From Ignavibacteriota bacterium (GTDB lineage: Bacteria > Bacteroidota > Ignavibacteria > UBA10030): a stretch of 64,000 bases of DNA. The notes beneath the pieces are model-generated. The model was given only the letters and a program-made list of their open reading frames with translations. It was not told the origin of the DNA and did no database searches. Made by a program: the position numbers and the translations under genes. Position 1 is the first letter of the stretch. Every line of letters begins with the position of its first letter. This document shows positions 1 through 10,256 of this stretch, piece by piece. The stretch is from contig OY969585.1 in the NCBI GenBank assembly GCA_963701295.1, positions 2,176,001-2,240,000 of the forward strand. Direction: 5' to 3'.

Positions 1-567
1 AATCTGCATTACGAGTTCACGTGTTGGTGCCAGGATCAACGCTCTGGGAGTACCGTGATGCCGTTTCCCTTCGATGGGATGTTTCAGAAAGTGATTGAAG
101 ATGGTAATGAGATATGCAGCAGTTTTTCCTGTTCCGGTCTGCGCCTGTGCGGTTACATCTTCACCTATCAGTGACTTCGCAAGGGTTTCTGCTTGTACGG
201 GGGTACAATAGTGAAATGCGAGATCGTATATCGCGTGCATGATCTCGTTCGGAAGTTTGAAATCGTGAAACCGTGTTTTTCCGTCGACGACAGGGACTTT
301 AAACATCGAACTATTCCACGCCTCTGTCGGCACAACTGACGGCGGAGAAGGTGTGCGCTGAGCAAGTTTTGCCCTTCGTGCAGCGTATTCAGCGCGTGTT
401 TCGCGTTTTCGAATATCGCGCGGATGGTGCGTGCCTGACGGCTTGTTGTGTGAGAATCCTTTATGTTCAAGAGATGATGGCTTCGGTTCTCTCATGGTTG
501 TTGTGGCCGGCGGCGGGAGAGGCTTTACGAACATGCCTCTGATTCTTGTGACGATTTTTCTTAACAC
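1..567 (-). CDS. DEAD-box RNA helicase, RhlB-like (N-terminal part; runs off window start)
   Basis: Manual translation gives Q-motif FHYCTPVQ, Walker [11 protein letters not shown] and motif Ia [12 protein letters not shown]. In-frame GTG at 567 with AAGGA upstream. Not in the ORF track. Confidence 0.85.
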   Translation of the reverse strand, partial: MLRKIVTRIRGMFVKPLPPPATTTMREPKPSSLEHKGFSHNKPSGTHHPRDIRKRETRAEYAARRAKLAQRTPSPPSVVPTEAWNSSMFKVPVVDGKTRFHDFKLPNEIMHAIYDLAFHYCTPVQAETLAKSLIGEDVTAQAQTGTGKTAAYLITIFNHFLKHPIEGKRHHGTPRALILAPTRELVMQI

Positions 568-791
568 TGAAACGTTATCCTTAAAAAAAAATTGTAATTT
601 CTCTTTCAATATACAAAAAAGAGAGTGAGGAGTGGACGGAAATTTGGTAAAAGTTTAAAAAGGCAAAAAACTACAGAGCCAAGATTACGAAAGAGAGATA
701 TGGAGAAATATCTGTCTATCATGCGAAGCGAGATAGATGAGATGTATTCTTTGGATGCGATTCTCCATCGCCTCATCAAGCTGTATTCTCG

Positions 792-1709
792 TTACCACCG
801 AAAGAAATGGAACGGGCGCTTTATGAGTTTATCTGTTAATTGCTGCATATTCTGTTCGACTGTACGTTCTCCAGCGTACACGCATTGATCAACGCGGTGG
901 AATTCGTTCCAATCGATTTCCGCTACATAAGGCTTAAGGATTATATCCGCTTGTTGTAGATGGAGATCATTCAGTTTACGGGTCGTCACTTCACTCGCAC
1001 GGATCACGATCTCGTACCCGTGCCGATGATTTTCAAAACTACCGAGGGACCGACGCACATCGACAGCGATGATGGGATCTTTTGACAGCGAGGAAGCCGC
1101 TGGCACAGGAACAGTACTTGTGACCGTTCCATCAATGAAAAGCCGTGAACCCGTTGCAAGAGGAGCGACGATACCCGGAACTGCGGAACTTGCTGCAACT
1201 GCAGTAATAATGGAACCTGACGTAATTACGTGTTCTTCACCGTTCACAAGATCACTTGTCACAGCAGCAAAGCGAAGAGATACATCGCGAATATCCCCTT
1301 CTTCCAGGAGCATATTCAATGCCTGAAGTAATGTTATTTGTGCAAATGTTCCATTTCCGAACACGGATCTCGATAAAAAATACCTTTGCCGCAAATGCGC
1401 AGCAAATTGTTCCCACACCGAGTGAGAACTCTCATGATCGGTGTCCGAAAACTGTTCCAACCCAATCCGTTTGAAAAAATCTCCCTGCAGAAAATTTCTT
1501 ATCTTTTCTTCAACAGCTTCTGCACTGCGTAGTTGTGAGTACATTCCCCCGACGACTGCCCCCATACTGGTGCCGACAATCAATGATGGTATAAGATCGA
1601 TCTTCTCAAGAGCCTTGAGAACTCCGATATGAGCCAATCCTCGTGCTCCACCTCCGCCCAGAACCAGAGTGAAAGGAATAACTTTCTTGCCTCTTTGATT
1701 TCGCTGCAT
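792..1709 (-). CDS. Patatin-like phospholipase
   Basis: GGGARG, GTSMG (catalytic Ser) and IDG motifs. Confidence 0.9.
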   Translation of the reverse strand: MQRNQRGKKVIPFTLVLGGGGARGLAHIGVLKALEKIDLIPSLIVGTSMGAVVGGMYSQLRSAEAVEEKIRNFLQGDFFKRIGLEQFSDTDHESSHSVWEQFAAHLRQRYFLSRSVFGNGTFAQITLLQALNMLLEEGDIRDVSLRFAAVTSDLVNGEEHVITSGSIITAVAASSAVPGIVAPLATGSRLFIDGTVTSTVPVPAASSLSKDPIIAVDVRRSLGSFENHRHGYEIVIRASEVTTRKLNDLHLQQADIILKPYVAEIDWNEFHRVDQCVYAGERTVEQNMQQLTDKLIKRPFHFFRW

Positions 1710-2077
1710 TATTCCACCATCAATTCATGCACATTACCGGATCTATTAATAATAATGTATTAGGAACGAAGTTATATGAAAGAAAAGTGAGGCGCAAGAG
1801 GTTTTTGCTCAATCGAATGAGGTGCACAGGTAATTTATCTTCTCACTTTTTCGTCATTTCTCTTTTTTATTTTTCATAGGTATTCTCTCGCTCTTGCTTT
1901 CACTAAATAAAACTAATACATTTTTTTGTTCCATTAAGTATTCTAAGCTCTATTGCAGTGCATATATTCCTTTTCATCGGAAGAGAGGATTAGATGTACC
2001 TTGAAATATATTGACACCGAGCAGGGGTTCAAGGTTGTTAAAATTCGAAAGTGGGGTTTTAAAAAGAAAGGAATGAA

Positions 2078-2983
2078 GTGGATATCACATCTCTCAACAA
2101 AAAGTTTGGAATAGCAGGCAAACTAGAATTCGCATCGGGGCAAGGTGGACTTCCGATAGCAATAATTACAAATGCATTTGCCAAAGCATCTGTTGCGATC
2201 TACGGGGCGCATGTGCTCAGCTATCGGCCAAAAGGTCAAGAGGAAGTGCTGTGGATGAGCAGTCTCAGCACATTTGAAGAAGGCAATCCTATCCGCGGAG
2301 GAATTCCTGTTTGTTTTCCCTGGTTCGGTCCGCATGGTTCCGATTCGAAAAAACCGCAGCATGGATTTGCACGGCTGCAGATGTGGAAAGTTGCAGAAAC
2401 AGCCGATTTGCCAGGAAGTGAAACACGGTTACGTTTGACCTTGCGCCAGAATCAGAAATTAAAAGCTCTATGGAAATATTCTTTTCTTGCAGAGATGATT
2501 ATTACTGTTGGAGCTTCGCTGAGTGTAACATTCCGCTGCACGAATACCGGTACGGAACAGTTAAGCTATACCGGTGCACTTCATTCGTATTATTCCGTTA
2601 GCGATATAGCGAATGTAAAAATCAAAGGGCTCGGCGGCAGTCGTTATTATGACGGTATGAAGGCGACTGTTCCATCAATTCAAGAAGAAGATAATTTGGT
2701 AATTCAGAAAGAAGAGAACCGCCGCTATATCAATACGACTTCAGATTGCATCATTGAGGATTCAGGGTTATCACGGAAGATTCGCGTAGGAAAAACGGGG
2801 AGCCGAGTTACCGTCGTCTGGAATCCTGGAGCAGAGATGGCGAAGAAGATCGCCGATATGCCGGATGACGGATATAAGGCCATGGTTTGTGTCGAAGCGG
2901 CCAATGCGTATGATGATATCGCTATTGTTCAGCCAAAGGGAAGCTGTACTCTTTCTACCAGTATAGCAGTTGAAGCATATTAA
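2078..2983 (+). CDS. D-hexose-6-phosphate mutarotase (aldose 1-epimerase family)
   Basis: IRGGIPVCFPWFG, HGFAR, ALHSY, VVWNPG and MVCVEA motifs. Confidence 0.9.
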   Translation: MDITSLNKKFGIAGKLEFASGQGGLPIAIITNAFAKASVAIYGAHVLSYRPKGQEEVLWMSSLSTFEEGNPIRGGIPVCFPWFGPHGSDSKKPQHGFARLQMWKVAETADLPGSETRLRLTLRQNQKLKALWKYSFLAEMIITVGASLSVTFRCTNTGTEQLSYTGALHSYYSVSDIANVKIKGLGGSRYYDGMKATVPSIQEEDNLVIQKEENRRYINTTSDCIIEDSGLSRKIRVGKTGSRVTVVWNPGAEMAKKIADMPDDGYKAMVCVEAANAYDDIAIVQPKGSCTLSTSIAVEAY

Positions 2984-3051
2984 TTATTTTACTCACATTA
3001 TGCATAAAATGAAGAACGGCAATCAGCAGAGTTCATTTTCAAAGAAACTTA

Positions 3052-3099
3052 GACCACCCCATACCCCCTCCTTGCCAAGGAGGGGAGTAAGGGGAGGTG
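3052..3099. repeat. Solo GC-rich palindromic repeat (CCCCTCCT..AGGAGGGG family)
   Basis: GACCACCCC..CCCCTCCTT-GCC-AAGGAGGGG..GGGGAGGTG; same layout as the copies at 8656 and 9255. Confidence 0.75.
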
Positions 3100-3190
3100 A
3101 ATTGAATAATTTCTTACGATCATCTGTAAAGTTAGGCTTTTTGCGTAACATCAGTTATTTTATATAATCATTTTCAAAAATGGAGTTATT

Positions 3191-3493
3191 ATGAAGACAA
3201 GTACACTTGTTCTTTTTTTTCTTATCGGAATGATCGTCGTAACAATGACAGCATGTGTGCCCGGCGGAGGAGAGTTCCACAGAGACAACCCTGCCGGACT
3301 GTTTTTCGGAATATGGCACGGCTGGATCGCACCAATATCGTTGATTATCAGTTTTTTCAATCCATCGATCAGAATTTATGAAGTGAATAATACGGGGTTT
3401 TGGTATGACTTTGGTTTCTATATGGCAATTATAAGCGGGTTCGGTGGCTTATCCCTGACGCGAAAGAAGTGGAAATCAGATCGTAAAGATTAA
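3191..3493 (+). CDS. Small membrane (lipo)protein, unknown function
   Basis: 100 aa, MTAC lipobox-like motif, hydrophobic segments, GGAG RBS. Confidence 0.75.
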   Translation: MKTSTLVLFFLIGMIVVTMTACVPGGGEFHRDNPAGLFFGIWHGWIAPISLIISFFNPSIRIYEVNNTGFWYDFGFYMAIISGFGGLSLTRKKWKSDRKD

Positions 3494-3641
3494 AAGGCAT
3501 GCATGAGCTATAAGAGTATGAGGCGTATCATTGATGCTGACAATAGTCAGTGACTCAGATATTCAGGATTATATTTGAAAAGTAAAGATTTTTTTGTAAT
3601 GTCTTCTTTCTATCAACCATTTTGATAAGGACATACCAACT

Positions 3642-4796
3642 ATGGAATTATTTCATATTGCTGCGAAGCAGGTTCTCACTGCTTCATTAATTATATTCAT
3701 GACAACATTTTGTTTTGGTCAACAGAAAACACATAACCCATCCGGCTTTGAAATCAAACGAGGTGTAAATCTGAGCCATTGGCTGTCACAAAACTTCGGA
3801 TGGTCTCCCAAAACAACATTTATCACCGAAAAGGACATTCAATTCATCGGCAGTATAGGCTACGATCACGTGCGAATACCTGTGGACGAAGCTGAAATGT
3901 GGGACAATGATGGCAAACCGTCGGATGAATCATTTGCATATCTTACTCATTGTCTCGATTGGTGCGCAAAGTACAACTTGAGAGCAGTAGTAGATCTCCA
4001 TATTCTCAAAGCGCATTATTTTAATGCAATGAACGAGGGGAGAACAAACACTCTATGGACAGACTCTGCAGCACAAGATAATTTTATCAAACTTTGGAAT
4101 GAAATTTCAAATCGTCTGAAAAAGTATCCTGTATCCATGGTTGCTTATGAGCCGATGAATGAACCTGTAGCCGAGAACCATGATGACTGGAACAAGTTGA
4201 TTTATAAAGCAGTAAAAGCACTGCGCAAGCTTGAACCCAATCGTGTTCTTATTATAGGTTCAAATAGGTGGCAAATACCCGGCACATTTCCATATTTAAA
4301 AGTACCCGAAAACGATAAAAATATTATCCTGAGCATGCATACTTACTCACCACTGGTTTTTACACATCATTTAGCAAACTGGACGCCGTTAAAAGATTAC
4401 AAAGGTCCAGTACATTATCCCGGACAGATTGTTACCAATGCCGATTATGAAAAATATGTCGATACAAACAACGCGGCCTTAGTACAATCGATGGTTCAAT
4501 CGAAGGAAATATATAACAAGAAGAGACTTACTGATGAATTGTTGCCGGCAATACGAAAAGCTAAGGAACTTAACCTTCAGCTGTACTGCGGTGAGTTTGG
4601 CTGTCTTCCCCATGTCGATCGGACCGACAGGATGAAATATTATGAAGATATTGTTTCGGCGTTCGAAGAGAATAATATTGCCTGGTGCAACTGGGAATAT
4701 AAGGGTGATTTCGGAATATATGCGTTTGACTTCGAGAAACTAGTATCTCTCTCGCCTGATAGCGGATTTATCGATGTTTTAATGCATAAGAAATAA
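3642..4796 (+). CDS. Glycoside hydrolase family 5 (cellulase-like), secreted
   Basis: RGVNLSHW, DHVRIP, VDLH, NEP acid/base and GEFG nucleophile motifs; signal peptide. Confidence 0.9.
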   Translation: MELFHIAAKQVLTASLIIFMTTFCFGQQKTHNPSGFEIKRGVNLSHWLSQNFGWSPKTTFITEKDIQFIGSIGYDHVRIPVDEAEMWDNDGKPSDESFAYLTHCLDWCAKYNLRAVVDLHILKAHYFNAMNEGRTNTLWTDSAAQDNFIKLWNEISNRLKKYPVSMVAYEPMNEPVAENHDDWNKLIYKAVKALRKLEPNRVLIIGSNRWQIPGTFPYLKVPENDKNIILSMHTYSPLVFTHHLANWTPLKDYKGPVHYPGQIVTNADYEKYVDTNNAALVQSMVQSKEIYNKKRLTDELLPAIRKAKELNLQLYCGEFGCLPHVDRTDRMKYYEDIVSAFEENNIAWCNWEYKGDFGIYAFDFEKLVSLSPDSGFIDVLMHKK

Positions 4797-4922
4797 TAAA
4801 GTACCTTGTTAGCAAATCCTATCTTTATCTGGCTTGAGGCTTTTCTTAGACTTTTTACGAAAATAGGTTTTGTGTTCAATCAATCGGGGCAAGAGTTCAC
4901 ATCTAAAAAGATAAAATGATTT

Positions 4923-5008
4923 GCAAGGGCACGAAATATTGTGCCTTAATCACGGCAGGGGCGAATCCCTCTATCCGCTCAGGATGTGCGGGTAATTGCA
5001 TTCGCCCC
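4923..5008. repeat. Degenerate REP-like palindromes between convergent genes
   Basis: GGCAC..GTGCC and GGGGCGAAT..ATTCGCCCC stems resembling the REPs at 8220 and 16289. Confidence 0.5.
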
Positions 5009-5072
5009 ATTTGAGATATTCAAAGTTTTTGTATGTTGTTATCGGTATGATCTGAAAAGAAGTGAAAATATC

Positions 5073-7286
5073 TCACCATACACCTTCCACGCTCAAGTAA
5101 TAAGTCCGTACCGGTGCCAGATTACCGATCAACTCCACGTAATAGTAGTTGGTCAGATTCTTCACCGTCAATCCGATGGTGATCGGCAGGCCCGTGTTGA
5201 TAAGATTATATGTTACGCCGACATCCACAACTTTACAGGCAACACGCTGGTCTCCATCAATAATAGGGGCAAGACGAACAAGGTTTTCATCAATCGCTTC
5301 CACTCTGCTCACAAAGCGAAAATTCACTTCTGTTCGCCACTGACGGTAGTTTGCGGCCAGCGACGCATAGAATAAATGCCGCGAGCGGAATTTGAGTACC
5401 GTGTTCTGGTTGAGATCGACAGGATCTGTGTAGGTGTAGCTGAAGTCCGTAGCCAGAAATCGGTCGAACCAGTCTGTTTTGATTCCCAATTCCATGCCCC
5501 GAATTCTCGCTCGCGTTATGTTGCTGAAAAGTATCTCCAACTGATTCGGATTGACACCTGCTTCAATAAGATCGTAGTAATCACTTTGAAAGAGTGCCAG
5601 GTCGAGAAAGACTCGGTCACTTAACCATTGAGAACCGCCCATCTCAAATGAAACACTGCGCTCCGGTCTTAAGCTGTCGTTTGGAACGATTTTGATCTGG
5701 CTGACTCCCGTAGAAACAGATGTAAAAAGCTCACTGATGGATGGATAACGAAATCCTTCGCCGTAGGATGCCCGAAGAGTTGTTATCGGGCCCGGGGTGA
5801 AAACCAATCCTATTTTTGGATTGAACTGAGACGGGGAAGAGGCGGCTGGAGATGCGAAGATCTCTTTCCATATTCTTTCCCAATTGTACCTTATTCCCGC
5901 TGTCAATTTGAGTGATTGAAATGGCGTAAACTCATCCTGGATGTAGAAAGCAGCTCCGACGCCGGGATGGGATCCGAAAATATCTGAAATGACACGGTCA
6001 TAATTCGCAACGAGGCCGAACGTAAGAAATTGGGCGGACGAAGTTGTATATGTCCCCTGCGCTTCCAATTGAGTGAAGTGTGCTGCCGAAGTGTTATTGA
6101 CGCGCCCGGAACTATCGTCTTGCCAGAAATTGCCGAAGTAGATTGCTTTCAACGAGTAAAAAAATTGATCGGATAAAATATTTTTATAGGCGAGACTCAC
6201 ATTACCTCGTGCTGAATTCACTTCGCCGTTCAATTGTGCGTCTGCAGGGCGGGTCGGCTCATTCAGACTTTGCCACCAGAAGAAATTGCCGTGCTTACGC
6301 CACTGGAGGTTGGTCATGAGTGTTAAGTTCTGAGATTGCGAAAAATTATAATTGAGTTTCGAGTAAATGCCCCAGCGATGGTACACGTCGTTCACACGAT
6401 AGCTATCGTCTACTGACCGGGAGGCACTTATGAGGTATCCGAAAGAACCGACACGGTTTGAGTAACTGAAGAATCCTCCAGTGTTAAAACGCGGGTTGGA
6501 AGACCAATCCCATCCGGAGTAGATTGGTTTATCGTAGATGCCGGAGAAAAAGCGAAACCGGATCTCGGGTGTTTCGCCGATTTCTTTTGTAATGACATTG
6601 ATGACACCGCCAAGCGCACTCGACCCATACAGCGCGGAACCGGCACCTTTTACAACTTCGATTCGATCGATTTGAAACATTGGAAATGTTTCCCAATTTA
6701 TTTCACCGGTGTCGCCTGTGATGTACGGAAGCCCGTCAATGAGAACAAGTACACGGCTTCCGACGCCTCTGCTGTAACCGGTTGAACCGCGGATATTCAC
6801 TTGATCCGACATCATATTGACACCCGGGACATAGCGAAGCGCATCGTCGAGCGTCACGGAGAGACGATCGGCAATCATTTTGGATGTCACGGTCGAGACA
6901 CTTACAGGAACATCCCGCAAGCTTTGTTCTCGCCGGCTCGCTGTGACAATGACTTGTTCTGTCTGAATGGGAGCTTGTACAAGCGATACATCAAGATGCA
7001 GTACTGTATCGGGTTGAATCGAAATTTGATGGATCGTCTGTGTTGTATACCCGATAAGCGAAAAAGAAATGTCGAACGTTCCGGCTGGAACTCTCCTCAG
7101 CAGATATTTTCCGTGGGCATCTGTCGTTGTACCGCGAACGGTTTCGCGCAGAAGAACATTGACACCGGCAAGCAGCTCTTGTGTTTTCGCATCTGATACG
7201 ATTCCCATAATGGAACCGGCGTTTGGCTGAGCATTCGAAACGTGAAGGAGGAAGACAAGAGCAATATAGAGAAGAGAGTTTCTCAA
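5073..7286 (-). CDS. TonB-dependent receptor with N-terminal carboxypeptidase-regulatory-like domain
   Basis: VIVTASRREQ, IDRIEVVKGAGSALYGSSALGGVINVIT plug motif, C-terminal aromatic residue. Confidence 0.93.
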   Translation of the reverse strand: MRNSLLYIALVFLLHVSNAQPNAGSIMGIVSDAKTQELLAGVNVLLRETVRGTTTDAHGKYLLRRVPAGTFDISFSLIGYTTQTIHQISIQPDTVLHLDVSLVQAPIQTEQVIVTASRREQSLRDVPVSVSTVTSKMIADRLSVTLDDALRYVPGVNMMSDQVNIRGSTGYSRGVGSRVLVLIDGLPYITGDTGEINWETFPMFQIDRIEVVKGAGSALYGSSALGGVINVITKEIGETPEIRFRFFSGIYDKPIYSGWDWSSNPRFNTGGFFSYSNRVGSFGYLISASRSVDDSYRVNDVYHRWGIYSKLNYNFSQSQNLTLMTNLQWRKHGNFFWWQSLNEPTRPADAQLNGEVNSARGNVSLAYKNILSDQFFYSLKAIYFGNFWQDDSSGRVNNTSAAHFTQLEAQGTYTTSSAQFLTFGLVANYDRVISDIFGSHPGVGAAFYIQDEFTPFQSLKLTAGIRYNWERIWKEIFASPAASSPSQFNPKIGLVFTPGPITTLRASYGEGFRYPSISELFTSVSTGVSQIKIVPNDSLRPERSVSFEMGGSQWLSDRVFLDLALFQSDYYDLIEAGVNPNQLEILFSNITRARIRGMELGIKTDWFDRFLATDFSYTYTDPVDLNQNTVLKFRSRHLFYASLAANYRQWRTEVNFRFVSRVEAIDENLVRLAPIIDGDQRVACKVVDVGVTYNLINTGLPITIGLTVKNLTNYYYVELIGNLAPVRTYYLSVEGVW

Positions 7287-7786
7287 AATGGCTGTGGTGG
7301 AGGATTTTGAAAGTCAACGTCGATGTCGATCCCTTTCACCTGATAGTTGTCATTCACTATAACAATGCCGGGTTTTGAAGAATCTGTTGAATCCTTGTAG
7401 AATCCGACGACTCGGAATACTCGTATGCCGCGATGTATCAAATTGAGACTAACTTGTTGAATGACGCCGATATATTTGTACGTCCCGGAATGCAAAGGAA
7501 ATGAATACGAAAGCGAGTCGACGTAAAAGGGGAGAGTTCCGCTTAAGCTTGGATACACAAAGATTGTACTCGGACTTGCAAACAAACCTGAATAGACCTT
7601 TGCAGAATCGAGCGGGTAAATTTGCGAAGCAAAAATCCAGAGATTAATAAGGCTATCCGTTGGCCACGAGCCGGGGGTAAAGTGTACAGTACCGCTAAAT
7701 CCAAATTCCATCGGAGGTGGCGGCGCGAGCCCGCCGTCACAGGCCGCGAGCATCACACAAAGGATCGTTAGGACGAGGTACCTCAT
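7283..7786 (-). CDS. Lipoprotein, unknown function, coupled to the TonB receptor
   Basis: LAAC lipobox after MRYLVLTIL; stop overlaps the receptor start. Start trimmed from the 7828 ORF. Confidence 0.75.
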   Translation of the reverse strand: MRYLVLTILCVMLAACDGGLAPPPPMEFGFSGTVHFTPGSWPTDSLINLWIFASQIYPLDSAKVYSGLFASPSTIFVYPSLSGTLPFYVDSLSYSFPLHSGTYKYIGVIQQVSLNLIHRGIRVFRVVGFYKDSTDSSKPGIVIVNDNYQVKGIDIDVDFQNPPPQPF

Positions 7787-7922
7787 AACTCTCACGAGAA
7801 TAGTACACATTGGAATATTAACATGCAATATAGTATGAACGGTTGGTTCTTTTCCTCTTGCTCTTGCTTTCCCGCTGGAAAATAGATAGATTTTTCCAAA
7901 GTTTTAGCAGTAGTACGCACCA

Positions 7923-8303
7923 ATGAAAACAATAAACCAACCCCACCGAAGATCCATTCGTTTAAAAGAATACGATTATTCCCAGCCCGGAGAATATTTT
8001 GTAACCATTTGTACTCACGATCATAAATGCACATTAGGAGAAATTATAAACGGTGAAATGCAGTTGAATGAAATCGGAAAGATTGCAGAAGAAGAATGGT
8101 TACGAACAGCAATTATTCGTCCTGATATTCAATTGGATTTATATGTTATCATGCCGAATCACATTCACGGAATTATCGTTCTGAATGAAGGTAGGGGCAC
8201 GTTGCAATCCGATATACCTGTAGTGGCGAATTGCTATTCGCCCCAGGAGAAAGCACATAACAATCTAATCAACAACAGGGCGTATATCGATACGCCCCTT
8301 TAA
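7923..8303 (+). pseudogene. REP-associated tyrosine transposase (RAYT, Y1/HUH), C-terminally truncated
   Basis: RRSIRLKEYDYSQPGEYFVTICT and MPNHIHGII (HUH) present; the catalytic-Tyr half is absent. Confidence 0.85.
8191..8297. repeat. GTAG-type REP palindromes inside the RAYT gene
   Basis: GTAGGGGCACG (8191), GTAGTGGCGAAT-TGCT-ATTCGCC (8220), GGGCGTAT-ATCG-ATACGCCC (8278). Confidence 0.7.
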
Positions 8304-8695
8304 GGTACCAACTTGGCACCTTAAAGAGAGGCGAACATTCCAAATACCTCCCATTTGCTTTTACAGAGCAAGGTATTGCGATGCTTTCCGGTGTATTAGG
8401 CAGTCCACGCGCCGTACAAGTAAATATTGCGATCATGAGATCGTTTGTAAAATTACGGCAGGTATTAGCGACGCACAAAGATCTAGTACGGAAGCTGGAA
8501 GAAATGGAAAAGAAATACGACGCACAATTTCAGATAGTTTTTGATGCGATCAGGCAGGTTCTTGCTCCTCCTGAAAAACCCAGACGCGAGATCGGATTTC
8601 GGGTAAAAGAACCTATTGTACGATACAAAACGAGAAAGAACCAAAAAATGATGATTCGACCACCCCAGTCCTGCGGACTTCCCCTCCTCACTTGA
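8300..8695 (+). pseudogene. ORF6N-domain DNA-binding protein, 5'-truncated
   Basis: Frame from 8300 reads [51 protein letters not shown]; the N-terminal part is missing. Confidence 0.8.
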
Positions 8696-8808
8696 GGAGG
8701 GGTGTAGGGGTGGTGACTTTACTGCAATGAGTTCTTGCCCTCCCATAGTAAAACAAGTATATTTAAGGTAAGAAAAATCCCGCACCAGCCGTAATTACCA
8801 CAGGGGAT
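8656..8808 (+). repeat. Direct-repeat unit 1: hairpin + sigma70-like promoter + leader
   Basis: CCCCTCCTCA-CT-TGAGGAGGGG; TTGCCC-17-TATATT (8735-8763); leader near-identical to unit 2. Confidence 0.85.
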
Positions 8809-8858
8809 TTCTTTTTCTTTATCGCAATGCGCCAAATAATTAATTCGGAACTTTAACG

Positions 8859-9230
8859 ATGGGAATTATTTATAATCGTCCGAGACAAAAGCGATTACGA
8901 CAACATCTGAGAAACACTGCATCTGAAGCGGAGCGGCTGCTTTGGAGTTCATTAAAGGGGAGCCAAATGCTAGGATATAAATTTCGCAGTCAGCAAGGTA
9001 TCGAACAATATGTTGTAGATTTTTATTGTCCCGCAAAAAAAGTTGCTATCGAGATTGATGGAGAGACACATTGGACTGATCAGGAACAAAAAAGAGACCG
9101 TGAGAGGCAATGCTATATCGAAGCATTGGGTATTCGGGTACTGAGATTTACAAATGACGATGTTTATACAAATAAAGACGGTGTATTGAATACGATCTTT
9201 GCAGTCTTAGAAGGACAAGAAGAGGAATGA
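8859..9230 (+). CDS. DUF559 / Vsr-like endonuclease
   Basis: LRN..SEAERLLW, KFRSQ, YVVDFYC, IEIDGETH, VLRFTN motifs. Confidence 0.9.
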   Translation: MGIIYNRPRQKRLRQHLRNTASEAERLLWSSLKGSQMLGYKFRSQQGIEQYVVDFYCPAKKVAIEIDGETHWTDQEQKRDRERQCYIEALGIRVLRFTNDDVYTNKDGVLNTIFAVLEGQEEE

Positions 9231-9254
9231 ATAGCGTTGAGATATTTCCATTTA

Positions 9255-9399
9255 TCGACCACCCCTTTCTCCCCTCCTCATATGAGGAGGGGTGTGGGGG
9301 TGGTGGCTTCAGCGAAAAACATCTCTTGCCCTCCGATGCGGAATATGATATATTTATGGTAAGAAAAATCCCGAACCAGCCATAATTACCACAGGGGAT
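9255..9399 (+). repeat. Direct-repeat unit 2: hairpin + sigma70-like promoter + leader
   Basis: CCCCTCCTCA-TA-TGAGGAGGGG; TTGCCC-17-TATATT (9326-9354); leader GGTAAGAAAAATCCCG.ACCAGCC.TAATTACCACAGGGGAT. Confidence 0.85.
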
Positions 9400-9440
9400 C
9401 GCCGATGACAATTCTTGAAAAAATAAAAATTATTGCTTTT

Positions 9441-9468
9441 GTAGGGACGCACAGCCGTGCGTCCCTAC
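9441..9468. repeat. GTAG-type REP
   Basis: Perfect palindrome GTAGGGACGCAC-AGCC-GTGCGTCCCTAC. Confidence 0.85.
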
Positions 9469-9489
9469 GGGTGACATTCATGCCAATGA

Positions 9490-10083
9490 TTGATTTCTAA
9501 CATGCCAGACAGAGACGTCCATATAATCCGTAACCTGATTTATTTCCAGTACGCAAAGATTATTGCCCGCAGTGCATTTAAAGTTGCTGACGGCGAACAG
9601 GCAAAGAAACTGCATTACGGATTTATCAAGAATACTTTCCGCGATCTTAAATCCGGCGGTAAATCGTGGTCGCATATCGAGCGCGAGGATTGGCAGTTGG
9701 TAGAAGCCGAGAAGAAATGCATTTATTGCGGCACACCGGAAAATCTCCAGCGCGAACATATAGTGCCGAAGTCTTTGCGTATAAAGCCGGATTGTGAAAC
9801 GTGCGACCGCATTCAATCCATTCATAATCAGGTGTGGGCGTGCGGAGCGTGCAACTCCGCGAAAGGGACATTAGGGCTCTACGAGTTCTTTCGCAAGATG
9901 CACCCCGAGGAGAAAAAGTATTTCGATTTCATTCAACCGCTTGTAGAAAAGAAATATCTCAAGACGATTATGAAATGCCACGAATGTGCCGGTACATTAG
10001 ATGCCTCCGATCTTAACAAAGATGGAGAACTTTCAGTGTTGGATATTGATGATGCATTGAGGAGAGTTAAGTTACGAATTTGA
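9490..10083 (+). CDS. Zn-binding HNH endonuclease
   Basis: CIYCG..EHIVP..NQVWACGACNSAKG; the start may be the ATG at 9502. Confidence 0.85.
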   Translation: MISNMPDRDVHIIRNLIYFQYAKIIARSAFKVADGEQAKKLHYGFIKNTFRDLKSGGKSWSHIEREDWQLVEAEKKCIYCGTPENLQREHIVPKSLRIKPDCETCDRIQSIHNQVWACGACNSAKGTLGLYEFFRKMHPEEKKYFDFIQPLVEKKYLKTIMKCHECAGTLDASDLNKDGELSVLDIDDALRRVKLRI

Positions 10084-10256
10084 GTGCTGCTTTGTGATTG
10101 AAACACCTTTTGGTTAAATTTTGCGAGAATGCTGATGGTATTATACATAACATTTATAGCGTTTAGCAAAAGAGATACAAGTACGAAGTATATTTAAAAA
10201 GCGATACTAAATATGAAATTGTTTAAGATCCCTCATACATAAACGAGGTCAGAACT

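Noticed and set aside
2970-3167. 65-aa ORF after the mutarotase gene
   Set aside because: Largely a translation of the palindromic repeat; no coding evidence.
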